From the IMG/VR virus record IMGVR_UViG_3300037510_000075: a DNA stretch of 63,874 bases; one strand, given 5' to 3'. The DNA comes from a virus. Below are positions 36,300 to 45,546 of the stretch, in pieces. The notes beneath the pieces were generated by a model that was not told the origin of the DNA, searched no databases, and saw nothing but the letters and a program-made list of their open reading frames with translations. Numbering within the stretch: position 1 is the stretch's first letter; every line of letters starts with the position of its first letter. The position numbers and the translations under genes are program-made.

Positions 36300-36350
36300 T
36301 CTTTATATTCTGCCGGGACGGGTTAGGTCTCTTATGAGGCATCACCTCCT

Positions 36351-36608
36351 TTATACACTAGAATCTAAAGGGAACCTTACACACTGGCTGTCTATAGAAG
36401 TAATGGTTAGCTTGTGTGTCTTTCCGTTTAAATCTACTATCTCTAAGTCTGATGGATTATGCTGTTTGATGAGTTCTCCGGCTTTCTGACAATCTAACTG
36501 AGATTTAGCTTCTATACTCTGAGTGAGAAGTAATCCACCCTTCAGATAATAAACTAATACTAATACCCATGTAATCGTCATTCGGATTGTTCCTTTACAA
36601 GCTTCCAA
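36351..36608 (-). CDS. small membrane-anchored protein
   Basis: 85-aa ORF. The more likely start is the ATG at 36581 (MTITWVLVLVYYL), which forms an ATGA overlap with an upstream 41-codon ORF. Confidence 0.45.
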   Translation of the reverse strand: MEACKGTIRMTITWVLVLVYYLKGGLLLTQSIEAKSQLDCQKAGELIKQHNPSDLEIVDLNGKTHKLTITSIDSQCVRFPLDSSV

Positions 36609-36719
36609 CCGTTCAGCCAGATAAAAGCTAAGAAGAGTTCTATATCTGAATCGTAAAGATGCTTTTCTCTTAATGGAAATTTACTGAAGAATTTATAGAG
36701 CATCAACTTTAATTCAGTA

Positions 36720-36917
36720 TCAGGTATCTGAGTCATCTATTTCTCCGGTCTTCTGAAGGAGTTGTACGAACTGAGAATGAGTCATATGTTTATCGAACTT
36801 CTTCTTATGATCTTCCTTGATCTTCTGTCGGTACTTAGTTTTCTCTAAATCCTTTGCAATCTTAGACCTGATTCTCATTCTCTTCCTAGTCTTTTCTTCT
36901 GGGCTACCCATCTTCAT
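36720..36917 (-). CDS. 65-aa highly charged protein
   Basis: ORF immediately downstream of nrdJ. Confidence 0.4.
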   Translation of the reverse strand: MKMGSPEEKTRKRMRIRSKIAKDLEKTKYRQKIKEDHKKKFDKHMTHSQFVQLLQKTGEIDDSDT

Positions 36918-36921
36918 TCAC

Positions 36922-39540
36922 TTAACTGCATGTAGGTTGTCCGGTCACAGGATCGATCACACACACCTGCATTTCATCTTCATCATCTATATACTCTTTA
37001 GAAGGCTTTTCTTGTAGAATACCTTTACGCATACCTGCTGCTCTAAAGGTCGTGCAACCCTTAGCTCCATTATCGTAAGCCATCATATAGATGTTCTGGA
37101 ACCTCTCAAAGTTAACATCTGATCCTACATTGCAGGTCTTAGATACGCTAGAATCTACATATTTCTGAGTGGTCGTCAGAACATTAACGTGCTCTTCAGG
37201 TGATAGCTGATTAGCTGTCTTGCCCGTAATACCCCATGTTCTGTAGCCATAATCTTCTACATCTTCGTATTTGACTCCATCCATAGTCTGTATTGTTCTG
37301 GTGTATGAATAGGTGTAAACAGGCTCGATACCAGACGAGATATTGTCTGCTGCCAATGAGATAGTGCCTGTCGGGGCAATTGAAGTAAGATGCGAATTAC
37401 GGATTCCATATTTAGCTATATTCTCTATGATTTCTTTCGGAAGTGTTTGAATAAACTTGCTGTCTAAATACCTCTTATCGTAAACAGGAAAGGCTCCCTT
37501 TTCCTTGGCTAGCTCTACAGAAGAACTATAACAGAAGTCTCTGAGTATCTTTAAGATAATCTTACTAAACTCAAGAAAATCTGGGCTGCCATATTCATAA
37601 CCAAGATACTCTAGGGTATTGGCGAAGCCTGTGACACCTAAGCCCATACGTCTCTTAGCTTTGCCTTCTTGCTCTTGTTGAGGTAGTGGATAAATACCGA
37701 TATCGATGATATTATCCATCGCTCTAACTACATGCTGGATATCTTGTGAGAATGTTATAAAGTCAAACTCACGATCCTTAATGTATTTAACTAGATTAAA
37801 GGAACCTAGAAGGCAAGCACCGTATGGGGGCAACGGCTGTTCGGCACATTGCCCTGTTAATATACCATTAAATATGGCTGAGTTGCGAAGAGGTTCATTA
37901 AAACAATAAACTTTATCAGCTTTACCAGCTTCTTCGATAGAAGTTATCGTAATAAATCTAGAAGCGTCTCTATCAGGTTTCCTGTATCCAGATAATCTTT
38001 TAGTAGGTAATCCGAGATTATAAGCATGATTAGCTGAAATAGATAGTCTCCAGCAATCTCTCATTTCACTAATAGAACCAGTAACACTTAACGTGTTTAA
38101 CATTAAAGCTACATTGACAAGAAATTCTTTATTCTTCGAAGAAATTTGTAAACAACCATCTTCAGTTAAATAGCCATCACTGTCAGCAAGTCCAGCTAAC
38201 CAATGTAACCTATATTTTAGAGTAAACCTAGTATCAGGTACAAATAATTTAGGTCTTAATTTTCCAGACTTACCATAATATAAATAGACTTTCTTATTTT
38301 CATTTTTACTATCATACTCATTACGAGTTAATGGTGTTTCTAAGAAAGACTCTAATTCGCGCTTTTTATCATATAATCCTATATATTGTCTGCCACGAGA
38401 ATCTTCCCAACCATCTCCAGAAAAGAAACCTTGTGTATATGGCCCAGATAAAAAGTCTATCATAGGCCCCTCCTTCATGTCACCTATCCTAGGCCATTCA
38501 TGTTTTAATAGCTTATCACCGATTTGTAATTCGTGTGCTTCTTTTCTAGAGCCATCACTAAGAATAAATTTGTGGTATTTAGTACAAGTAAGCTTACGAC
38601 CATTAGATGTTGTTATATCTAAGATATCTTGATCGAGTCCTGTCACTCTGGGAATAACTTTAGACCACTCAAAGCCATTCCATACATTCACAACTTCTCC
38701 AACTAAGCTCTCAATCTCTCTATAGCCATGTTCTTTGGTTAGAATTTCTGTACTACCAATAACACATGGGTTTGTTGCAGTGAGTTGCTCACAATACCAG
38801 AGATTATTCCAGTAGTTGATTCTATCGATATAAAGAATACCCGGTTCAGCGTAATCCCATGTATTTCTCATAATGGAATTCCAGAGGGAACGGGCATCTA
38901 CTGTCTTATAAACCTTACCTCTGAACTTAAGATTAAAATCTGTACCGTGTTTAACTGCCTTCATAAAAGCATCTGTAGCAGCAACAGAAATATTGAATCT
39001 GGTTAGCTTGTGCTCATTCTGCTTTGCGTGTACGAACTCTTCAATGTCCGGGTGGTCTACTCGTAAAACTCCCATCTGCGCGCCACGTCTATGCCCGGCA
39101 CTGGCAATTGTTCCACAAAGAGCATCATAAATATCCATGAAGCTAACGGGACCACTAGAATAGCTGTTAAGAGACTTAATAAGAGAGCCGCGAGGCCGAA
39201 GAGTACTAAAATCGTACCCGATACCACCACCCAAACGCATTGTCTGGCCAGCTTCTTGAGCTTTTTCCATAATATCATTAAAGTCATCTGCTATAGCTCC
39301 CGAGACAAAGCAATTCCACGGTGTTACCTTAAGTGGTGATCCTACTGCAGCCTGCACTCTACCAGCAGGCATGAACCTCATACTAGAGAAGATATCTACT
39401 AGAGCATGTCTGTGTTCATCATTATCACTCAGGGCACTAGCTAATCTGGCACAACAAGCTTCAAAGCTTTCACCTTGAAGTCTGTATTTAGTAGCATGAA
39501 TTTCTTTAGAGATAGGTAGAGAAGGTCCAGTATTAGTCAA
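36922..39540 (-). CDS. nrdJ: ribonucleotide reductase (monomeric, class II/NrdJ-like) interrupted by an intein (566-aa extein)
   Basis: Motifs are RFMPAGRVQ, TPWNCFV, and the active-site TNP|C...|CAEQPLPPYGACLLGSFNL split by the intein. The class II assignment is from overall resemblance only. Confidence 0.85.
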   Translation of the reverse strand: MTNTGPSLPISKEIHATKYRLQGESFEACCARLASALSDNDEHRHALVDIFSSMRFMPAGRVQAAVGSPLKVTPWNCFVSGAIADDFNDIMEKAQEAGQTMRLGGGIGYDFSTLRPRGSLIKSLNSYSSGPVSFMDIYDALCGTIASAGHRRGAQMGVLRVDHPDIEEFVHAKQNEHKLTRFNISVAATDAFMKAVKHGTDFNLKFRGKVYKTVDARSLWNSIMRNTWDYAEPGILYIDRINYWNNLWYCEQLTATNPCVIGSTEILTKEHGYREIESLVGEVVNVWNGFEWSKVIPRVTGLDQDILDITTSNGRKLTCTKYHKFILSDGSRKEAHELQIGDKLLKHEWPRIGDMKEGPMIDFLSGPYTQGFFSGDGWEDSRGRQYIGLYDKKRELESFLETPLTRNEYDSKNENKKVYLYYGKSGKLRPKLFVPDTRFTLKYRLHWLAGLADSDGYLTEDGCLQISSKNKEFLVNVALMLNTLSVTGSISEMRDCWRLSISANHAYNLGLPTKRLSGYRKPDRDASRFITITSIEEAGKADKVYCFNEPLRNSAIFNGILTGQCAEQPLPPYGACLLGSFNLVKYIKDREFDFITFSQDIQHVVRAMDNIIDIGIYPLPQQEQEGKAKRRMGLGVTGFANTLEYLGYEYGSPDFLEFSKIILKILRDFCYSSSVELAKEKGAFPVYDKRYLDSKFIQTLPKEIIENIAKYGIRNSHLTSIAPTGTISLAADNISSGIEPVYTYSYTRTIQTMDGVKYEDVEDYGYRTWGITGKTANQLSPEEHVNVLTTTQKYVDSSVSKTCNVGSDVNFERFQNIYMMAYDNGAKGCTTFRAAGMRKGILQEKPSKEYIDDEDEMQVCVIDPVTGQPTCS
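37849..38766 (-). mobile_element. 306-aa intein with LAGLIDADG domain, ending Gly-Gln
   Basis: Starts CVIGSTEILT, with block B TCTKYHKF and LAGLIDADG motifs YTQGFFSGDGW and WLAGLADSDGYL. It ends FNGILTGQ followed by the +1 Cys of the RNR active site. Confidence 0.85.
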
Positions 39541-40183
39541 TTGTGATCAATCCTTTTAAGCTGGGGAATTGCTGTAGTATTATATTCCAACATTGTTCTG
39601 CTATAAGCTTGTGCTCTTTCTGAGTTCCGTTATCCCTACGAAGTTGACAATAATGTATCCAGCTACGCAGAGTACCAGCCATATACATATTAGATAGTGT
39701 CAGACCTTCTGATAGAAGACAACGAGCCTGCTCTTTAGCTATACCTCTGTTGATGGCTTCTTCATAATAATGAGAGGCCCAATTTTTAATATCGCTTTGA
39801 GCAGATAGAAACCAACTATTTAATTCATCATCTGCATTATCTATAGAATTCTGTCTATTTTTAGAATCCTGTAGTCTGCACTCTCTATTAGTAAATTGTA
39901 TTTCATCTGAATATCTCTGGGAGAACTCTTGGAAAGAGAATGATCTGTGTCTAAGTATCTGTCTGCCGATATCTCGGGTAGTTTGTATTTCCATAGTTAA
40001 AGAGACTATTTCAAATGGACTCCAATGCTTGTGATCTATTAGCCATTTTAAAAGCTTAGATGCAGTCATGTGATTGAGTTGATTATTAGGGTTGCTTACT
40101 CTAGCACAATAACTGATAAACTCTTCTGGTGTAGATACTTCAGGGATTACAGGATGTGTGAGACCGACTAACTTAACACTCAT
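39533..40183 (-). CDS. thyX: flavin-dependent thymidylate synthase
   Basis: 216 aa with the ThyX signature RHRSFSFQEFSQRY. Confidence 0.88.
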   Translation of the reverse strand: MSVKLVGLTHPVIPEVSTPEEFISYCARVSNPNNQLNHMTASKLLKWLIDHKHWSPFEIVSLTMEIQTTRDIGRQILRHRSFSFQEFSQRYSDEIQFTNRECRLQDSKNRQNSIDNADDELNSWFLSAQSDIKNWASHYYEEAINRGIAKEQARCLLSEGLTLSNMYMAGTLRSWIHYCQLRRDNGTQKEHKLIAEQCWNIILQQFPSLKGLITID

Positions 40184-40184
40184 G

Positions 40185-40376
40185 TCAAATTTCTTCTACC
40201 AAATTAAATTTAGTACCTATTTTAGTACAACATGATCCATCTCTTACATGATAAGACCATGAAGTTTTCAAATCATATAAATGATCATCCATATCCTTTT
40301 CTAAGGAATACTCTTGCATAGGCCCAACTATAACACCTCTTCCGTCTTTATAGAATTTATGTTCTCTTATTCTCAT
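40185..40376 (-). CDS. hypothetical 63-aa protein
   Basis: ORF tightly packed between thyX and the MazG-like gene. Confidence 0.45.
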   Translation of the reverse strand: MRIREHKFYKDGRGVIVGPMQEYSLEKDMDDHLYDLKTSWSYHVRDGSCCTKIGTKFNLVEEI

Positions 40377-40379
40377 TTT

Positions 40380-40745
40380 CTACCGATCATCTCCTGAGCC
40401 CTTCATAGTGCCTTTCTCAACTCTCTTCTGAAGCTTCTTAGTGTTAATCATAGTCAGTTCTGCAAGACCCACATTAAGTTCGTGAGCAAGCTTAGTGACA
40501 TAATAGAGTACGTCTCCCAGTTCATTTACTATCTGCTCTACGGTTATATTACCATCACCACGAGAAAGCTTCTTAAGCTTACCAGCTACTTCCCCGGCTT
40601 CCTCACAAATAGCTAATCCTATAAAGTTAAGTTCAGCTTTAGTTTCATCCATCTCTGGTGAACCTAGCCAAACATCTTCTACAAATCTATCATAATCTTC
40701 GTACATCTTAATATTGTTAAATAGTTCTAGTTGTTTTTCACTCAT
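40380..40745 (-). CDS. mazG: MazG-like nucleoside triphosphate pyrophosphohydrolase
   Basis: 121 aa with the motifs EEAGEVAGKLKK and ELGDVLYYV, the all-alpha NTP-PPase pattern. Confidence 0.75.
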   Translation of the reverse strand: MSEKQLELFNNIKMYEDYDRFVEDVWLGSPEMDETKAELNFIGLAICEEAGEVAGKLKKLSRGDGNITVEQIVNELGDVLYYVTKLAHELNVGLAELTMINTKKLQKRVEKGTMKGSGDDR

Positions 40746-41223
40746 TATCTAATAGATTCCATTGTTGATCTACCTGTGGTTTACCTCCATATACTTTGAT
40801 ATATTCAAAAGGAAAACTCTGTTTTACATTTCTGCCATACTTTTTATGTAAATCTTTGACTCTGTTATCTAATTCATACATCCAACCATCAGGATACTTA
40901 GGTGGTCTATCATCATTCATATTCTTGTATAACTGAGAATCCCTGAGCACAACTAGAGTAGCTAGGGCTTTAGTAATATGAGAAAGACCACTATCAGGAT
41001 CAATATTCTCGCCTTCCCACCATTTAGTTAGGTGTCTGAGTGCGGCATCATAATACACAGAAGCTCTAACACCAACATCTCTGTAGTTATGTCTTCCATA
41101 CTTAAGAGCGCCCTCTAGCATAGCTACACCGATCTCAGCGATCACAGGGGCAGATATAGTACTGAAGGGTGTTTTATTAATACCTAGAGCATCTTTAGGA
41201 TTAGTTTCTTTAAATTCAGACAT
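40738..41223 (-). CDS. dATP/dGTP diphosphohydrolase N-terminal-domain-like protein
   Basis: The likely start is MSEFKETNPKD (ATG at 41223, overlapping the upstream stop). The segments ISAPVIAEIGVAMLEGALKYGRHNYRD...AALRHLTKWWEGENIDPDSGLSHI resemble this phage domain from memory. Confidence 0.55.
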   Translation of the reverse strand: MSEFKETNPKDALGINKTPFSTISAPVIAEIGVAMLEGALKYGRHNYRDVGVRASVYYDAALRHLTKWWEGENIDPDSGLSHITKALATLVVLRDSQLYKNMNDDRPPKYPDGWMYELDNRVKDLHKKYGRNVKQSFPFEYIKVYGGKPQVDQQWNLLDNE

Positions 41224-41734
41224 ACTTTTGTAATTCCTTAATACTATCTTTAGCTGATGTATGCAATATCCCAATACCCCCCATTTGTTTCCATTCTTCG
41301 CAGTTTGCGTGTAGATCGTCTACTAATATCTTATTCTTTCCAGAATAATTCTTCTTCTCAGGTCTAAAGCAAGTTATGAAACGCTCTGGGTTAAGAGGAC
41401 CAAAGTTATCTGTAAACCAAATCCACTTTTCATTAGCAATCCAGTCTACACTTCCATCCATGTGAGAAGGTAAAGCTGTAAGGATTGCCGGATCAAATTG
41501 TTTACAGTAGTTCCATAGTTTAAGAGCATCAGTCATAGGTTTAAGGTTGAGCCAGAAGCCTTCCTCTGACATACAAGCTTTTACCTGTGCATCTAGCTTC
41601 TTGTTTTCTTCGGTCCAATCGCTCTTAGAAAGATGCAGAAAGGAGTTATCATTAATTATTCCTCTATCCACCAATTCTTGATCGAAGTTAGCTAACACTC
41701 CATCCATATCTAGATAGATCAAACTTCTAACCAA
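41216..41734 (-). CDS. 5'(3')-deoxyribonucleotidase (HAD superfamily)
   Basis: 172 aa with HAD motif I YLDMDGVLANFD. Confidence 0.7.
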   Translation of the reverse strand: MVRSLIYLDMDGVLANFDQELVDRGIINDNSFLHLSKSDWTEENKKLDAQVKACMSEEGFWLNLKPMTDALKLWNYCKQFDPAILTALPSHMDGSVDWIANEKWIWFTDNFGPLNPERFITCFRPEKKNYSGKNKILVDDLHANCEEWKQMGGIGILHTSAKDSIKELQKYV

Positions 41735-41889
41735 TCTTGTGCTTCTATAATCTCTTCTTCTAAGAGACTTATAATAATATTAATATCGATGAGACCTGCT
41801 TGTTCTAAGATATCTATTAACTCTAGAATAGTATATTTATCGGATACTCTAGAGAGGTACTCATCAACTTTCTCTCGATCTAAACTCAT
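41719..41889 (-). CDS. 56-aa acidic protein
   Basis: ORF 41719..41934. The ATG at 41889 forms an ATGA overlap with the upstream stop. Confidence 0.4.
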   Translation of the reverse strand: MSLDREKVDEYLSRVSDKYTILELIDILEQAGLIDINIIISLLEEEIIEAQDWLEV

Positions 41890-42644
41890 GTGGCTTCTGC
41901 CTTCGGGTACTTCTTCCAAGAGCCTACAGTCCAAGAACCACAGTCAGTACATTGATACCTCTGACGGGAACCAGTCTTAGTCGGAGAGAAACCTCTCTTA
42001 ATCAGATTAGTAGACCTACAGCTACCGCAAGCCATATCTTGATTATCAGCGAATGAGTTTAAGTCTGGATGGTTAGAGATGAAAGGTCTTAACTTATAAT
42101 AAACATTCTCTAAGAGGATTACATCTTGAGCATTGTAGTCTTTCATAGCTTTCCAAGCTTCCTTGTCACCAGCTATGCATCTCACCCATAGATCGAATCC
42201 ACCATTACTGATTTTCTGACCCACATTGAGGTAGGCACCTAAAGAGTTTAGAGACTTAGAATCAAACTTAAAGTATTTAGAAGCAGCTTTATAAGTATCT
42301 ATGCTTTGATAAGGTGTGGGTGCATTAAGACCATAATAGACAAATCTAGCATTGAGTTTCTTTAGATCGAATGCATCTCCGTGATGAGCTATAACTATAT
42401 CTGCTTCATCTAAAACATTCCATACTTCTTTAACTAAAGCTTCATCATTAACTACGTTAGCTTTATAAGACTTATAGTCAGCTATGCATTTAGTAGTTAA
42501 ATCTTCTACACCTAATGTCTTCCACGAGCAACTGATGATCTTAGAAGGCTCTAATACTTTAAGTACATTAGTATCATAAGTCTCCCAAGTATAAGCAACT
42601 ATAGGAGATGTTTCAATATCTATTAATTTAATATTAAGGGTCAA
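41886..42644 (-). CDS. DnaQ/RNase-H-fold 3'-5' exonuclease with C-terminal zinc ribbon
   Basis: Exonuclease motifs are IDIETSP, HHGDAFDLKKL and YNAQDVILL. The C-terminus is CGSCRS...CTDCGSW. Confidence 0.65.
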   Translation of the reverse strand: MTLNIKLIDIETSPIVAYTWETYDTNVLKVLEPSKIISCSWKTLGVEDLTTKCIADYKSYKANVVNDEALVKEVWNVLDEADIVIAHHGDAFDLKKLNARFVYYGLNAPTPYQSIDTYKAASKYFKFDSKSLNSLGAYLNVGQKISNGGFDLWVRCIAGDKEAWKAMKDYNAQDVILLENVYYKLRPFISNHPDLNSFADNQDMACGSCRSTNLIKRGFSPTKTGSRQRYQCTDCGSWTVGSWKKYPKAEAT

Positions 42645-42927
42645 GTGATTCTTGTTTCTTTTGTTTAACTCTTTTAATAGAGAGTTCTCTAATGTCAGTT
42701 ATTACTGCTTTAGGAATTGTTACATGACCTGAGACTAATTCTTGATCGGTTTGTAAATCCATAGATGCAACTAACACAAGTCTATCGGGTCTATCAGAAA
42801 CCAACCAACCCACAGAGATACATTCCATAGATTTATCTTCTACTATATCTTTTAGTGACACCCAAGAGTCGTGAGACCCAGCATCATTCCAAGTAACTTG
42901 TACTAGTTTATAATCTTTAGGATTCAT
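42634..42927 (-). CDS. hypothetical 97-aa protein
   Basis: ORF that overlaps both neighbouring genes. Confidence 0.45.
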   Translation of the reverse strand: MNPKDYKLVQVTWNDAGSHDSWVSLKDIVEDKSMECISVGWLVSDRPDRLVLVASMDLQTDQELVSGHVTIPKAVITDIRELSIKRVKQKKQESLDP

Positions 42928-43300
42928 TAATCCACTCTATCGGTATAAGCCCAACAGCGTAAGGAAAATCATTCCTCTTACACCACCGAATGTTTCTTTC
43001 CAACTCTTTATGAGCACTAGGGGTCTTAGGTTCGCTGAACACCATTCTTACATCGAGATGAGGGTTACTCTTCTTCAGAGACTTCATCTTTCGTTTATCT
43101 TCTACTCTAAAGTAACCCTTAGTCTCTACTATAATCTTCTCTTTGATCACAAAGTCTGGATTGTACTCAGCTTGAATAGAGTAAGGAATAGAGTAAGGTT
43201 CATACTCAAAGTCTACTCCTAACTCATATAGGAGATCGAAGTTAGCTTGTTCTAAGCTATTCCGAGTTTTAACTCTCGGTTTCTTCTTCGACTTCTTCAT
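42917..43300 (-). CDS. T7 endonuclease I-like Holliday junction resolvase
   Basis: 127 aa. The motif YNPDFVIKEKIIVETKGYFRVEDKRKMKSLKKSNPHLDVRMVF parallels the T7 gp3 core (PDF...ETKG). Confidence 0.65.
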   Translation of the reverse strand: MKKSKKKPRVKTRNSLEQANFDLLYELGVDFEYEPYSIPYSIQAEYNPDFVIKEKIIVETKGYFRVEDKRKMKSLKKSNPHLDVRMVFSEPKTPSAHKELERNIRWCKRNDFPYAVGLIPIEWINES

Positions 43301-43574
43301 TTGTAATATCTTTTACGTACTTCCATTGGCCTTCGGCAGCAGCAAACTTGATATTACCATCACTATCACCCACTGCTAGGAATGAACCAGTGAGACCGAT
43401 AAGGCCTTCCATCTCTATAGAGCCCTCTTCTAGATCAATGATATACTTTCTAACCGTAGGCACTCTAGGCAAAGGCGCTGGAGTATTAGGAGCACCCGCA
43501 TTTAATCTAGGTTCAGGCTTCTGAAATGGAACTACTGTATTGGATGTATCATTATTATCGTTATTATCATTCAT
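43269..43574 (-). CDS. hypothetical 101-aa protein (Asn/Asp-rich N-terminus, acidic C-terminus)
   Basis: ORF only. Confidence 0.4.
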   Translation of the reverse strand: MNDNNDNNDTSNTVVPFQKPEPRLNAGAPNTPAPLPRVPTVRKYIIDLEEGSIEMEGLIGLTGSFLAVGDSDGNIKFAAAEGQWKYVKDITNEEVEEETES

Positions 43575-43579
43575 ATGTG

Positions 43580-44452
43580 TTATTCACTTTCTTCTTTTGT
43601 TTGAAATTCTTCGTACTTTAATCTAGGCTCTTTAACTAATAGTGTAAAGTATTTAGGGCCTGTACTATATATTCTGGTTAGTAATCCTTGTCCATTATTA
43701 GCATCTCTCCAACAATGGAATTTATACTGACAATAAGAACACCCTGTACTTAATACTCTATTACCACTCTTATCCTTCTTAGAAGGAAGCTTATCTTCAT
43801 AACATCTAGAAGGCTCTGTTTCAGTAACTACTTCAGACTTAACTTTCTGAACGATGCTATTAAAAGTTTGAGGTAAGTTAGGTTCTTTAAACTCTACGAA
43901 CTTAAAATGACCGAGGACTTTATCGATAATTAACCAACCAGCCCTCTGTGCCCCTAGAGCTTCCTTATAGGCCTTTAATTGAAAGACATAGCCAAAAGGA
44001 TCGTTCTCGTAGAGAGAACTGTCTACAAACTTATTGTAAGAGAATGTAGAACAACTCTTAACGTCTACTAACACTCCATCGATGATACAGTCAGTTCGTC
44101 CTTTAATTCCTTCGAACTCAACTTCTTTCTGTAGGCCTTCTACGGTGTGCCCTGCTTGAGTAGCTAGAAAAATAAATAAACTCTCTAGCAGATCGCCATA
44201 CAGAAACTTTACCTTGGCATCTACGGGTAACTCTTCACCTTTAGTTCCATTAAGATAATACCAAAGTTTGCGAAGAGGCCAACCTATATTAGATAGTCTG
44301 AGATAAGGCTTCTTCTCTTCTCCGTATTCCTTAAATCTTTTAGTGAAGAGGTTAGTTAATTCAGAACCCAGATTAGCTGTAAGAACATCATCTAATGAAT
44401 GTCCTTTAAAAAGAGATGCAATATCTTCTTCTAATGTTTCAATCTGTTTCAA
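43580..44452 (-). CDS. PD-(D/E)XK / Cas4-like exonuclease
   Basis: 290 aa with the motif GRTDCIIDGVLVDVKS and a C-terminal Cys cluster CSYCQYKFHCW. Confidence 0.6.
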   Translation of the reverse strand: MKQIETLEEDIASLFKGHSLDDVLTANLGSELTNLFTKRFKEYGEEKKPYLRLSNIGWPLRKLWYYLNGTKGEELPVDAKVKFLYGDLLESLFIFLATQAGHTVEGLQKEVEFEGIKGRTDCIIDGVLVDVKSCSTFSYNKFVDSSLYENDPFGYVFQLKAYKEALGAQRAGWLIIDKVLGHFKFVEFKEPNLPQTFNSIVQKVKSEVVTETEPSRCYEDKLPSKKDKSGNRVLSTGCSYCQYKFHCWRDANNGQGLLTRIYSTGPKYFTLLVKEPRLKYEEFQTKEESE

Positions 44453-44633
44453 GTTTATAATTCACTATAGTAATATTACTCGCTCTTTGTTTTCTTAATT
44501 CCCAGAGTTTATCATATTCAGCTAAAAGGGTACGTAAAGCCTTTAACTTACTGAAAGGAGCAGCCCACGTAGTGGCCTCAACCGCCACTCTTATTTCAGC
44601 TATCGTTAAAGGCTTTACGTATTTGGTAGACAT
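44439..44633 (-). CDS. hypothetical 64-aa protein
   Basis: ORF that overlaps the downstream gene start. Confidence 0.4.
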   Translation of the reverse strand: MSTKYVKPLTIAEIRVAVEATTWAAPFSKLKALRTLLAEYDKLWELRKQRASNITIVNYKLETD

Positions 44634-44634
44634 A

Positions 44635-45111
44635 TTACCACTTCACCTCAGAAGTGGCATCATCATCATTTAGTTCATCGGGCTTCTTAGCCTCGAAGTC
44701 TGCGTTGCTTGTATAGGGTACGTGTTCCCAGACTTGGACCTTAATGGCGCTAGGCTTGATGAACTTCTCTTTACGATACTCACGCTCACTCAGAACCACC
44801 ATTACATTGAGAAGCGAACCATTACCGATCAGTTTGTCCTCTGGCCAAGGATTCTTCTGATTATCCACCACCTTAAATGGCTTGGCAGATTCACCATCAG
44901 CCTTAACAGATTTACGCTTGAAGGTTAGGAATACACCTCGTTCATCATTCTTATTACGCAAATAAGTAGGCTTCATACCCGAAGTTAATAGCTTCTTCTG
45001 AGTACCTTCATCGATAGATAGATCGAAACTCCAAAGCGGAGGACCCCCAAAGCTATCCTCGTGGGGCTTACCCAGAATGCGTGGATAGAAAGCTTTACCT
45101 TTAATAATCAT
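44635..45111 (-). CDS. single-stranded DNA-binding protein (DUF2815-type, by recollection)
   Basis: 158 aa with an N-terminal KGKAFYPRILGKPHEDSFGG segment and an acidic C-terminal tail (DELNDDDATSE). Confidence 0.55.
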   Translation of the reverse strand: MIIKGKAFYPRILGKPHEDSFGGPPLWSFDLSIDEGTQKKLLTSGMKPTYLRNKNDERGVFLTFKRKSVKADGESAKPFKVVDNQKNPWPEDKLIGNGSLLNVMVVLSEREYRKEKFIKPSAIKVQVWEHVPYTSNADFEAKKPDELNDDDATSEVKW

Positions 45112-45117
45112 TTATAT

Positions 45118-45279
45118 TTATACCTCTAATAACTTATTTAGATTACTTACGATCTTACGAGCCCTACTTGACTCTTCACTATGCTGATCTGCAAGTAATG
45201 AAATTCTTCTAGCTTCTGACATATGGTAATCTGATTGTTGATTATGCCAATCCGCTAGATTATCTAATTTGGAAACCAT
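45118..45279 (-). CDS. 53-aa micro-protein
   Basis: ATG at 45279. It ends 6 nt before the SSB-like gene start and is below the ORF-track threshold. Confidence 0.3.
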   Translation of the reverse strand: MVSKLDNLADWHNQQSDYHMSEARRISLLADQHSEESSRARKIVSNLNKLLEV

Positions 45280-45370
45280 ACTAGTAAACTCTGAAATAAC
45301 AGAATCTACTGTTGGTGCTACTATATTTCTAATTTTGTTTAACAGTTTATGTTCCTTTCGTAACTCTTAT

Positions 45371-45399
45371 ATTGTATCAAACTTGAGCAATGGTGTCAA
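45371..45399 (-). promoter_or_regulatory. near-consensus sigma70 promoter (minus strand)
   Basis: TTGACA (complement of 45399-45394), 17-nt spacer, TACAAT (complement of 45376-45371), with a TGA extended -10 element. Confidence 0.7.
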
Positions 45400-45538
45400 G
45401 TTCTTTCTTTCGTCTGATTCTCTTAGGCTTAAGTTCTTCTATCCAAGTTTGTAATGTATCTACAGGCTCGGACCCATCAAATATACTTTTTAATAAGTCT
45501 CTTAATTGGTTCTGTTGTTCAGTTGTTAACGTCTTCAT
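45377..45538 (-). CDS. 53-aa micro-protein
   Basis: ATG at 45538 (MKTLTTEQQNQLRDLLKSIF...). Its 3' end contains the -35 element of the promoter above. Confidence 0.35.
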   Translation of the reverse strand: MKTLTTEQQNQLRDLLKSIFDGSEPVDTLQTWIEELKPKRIRRKKELDTIAQV

Positions 45539-45546
45539 TTTACTAT

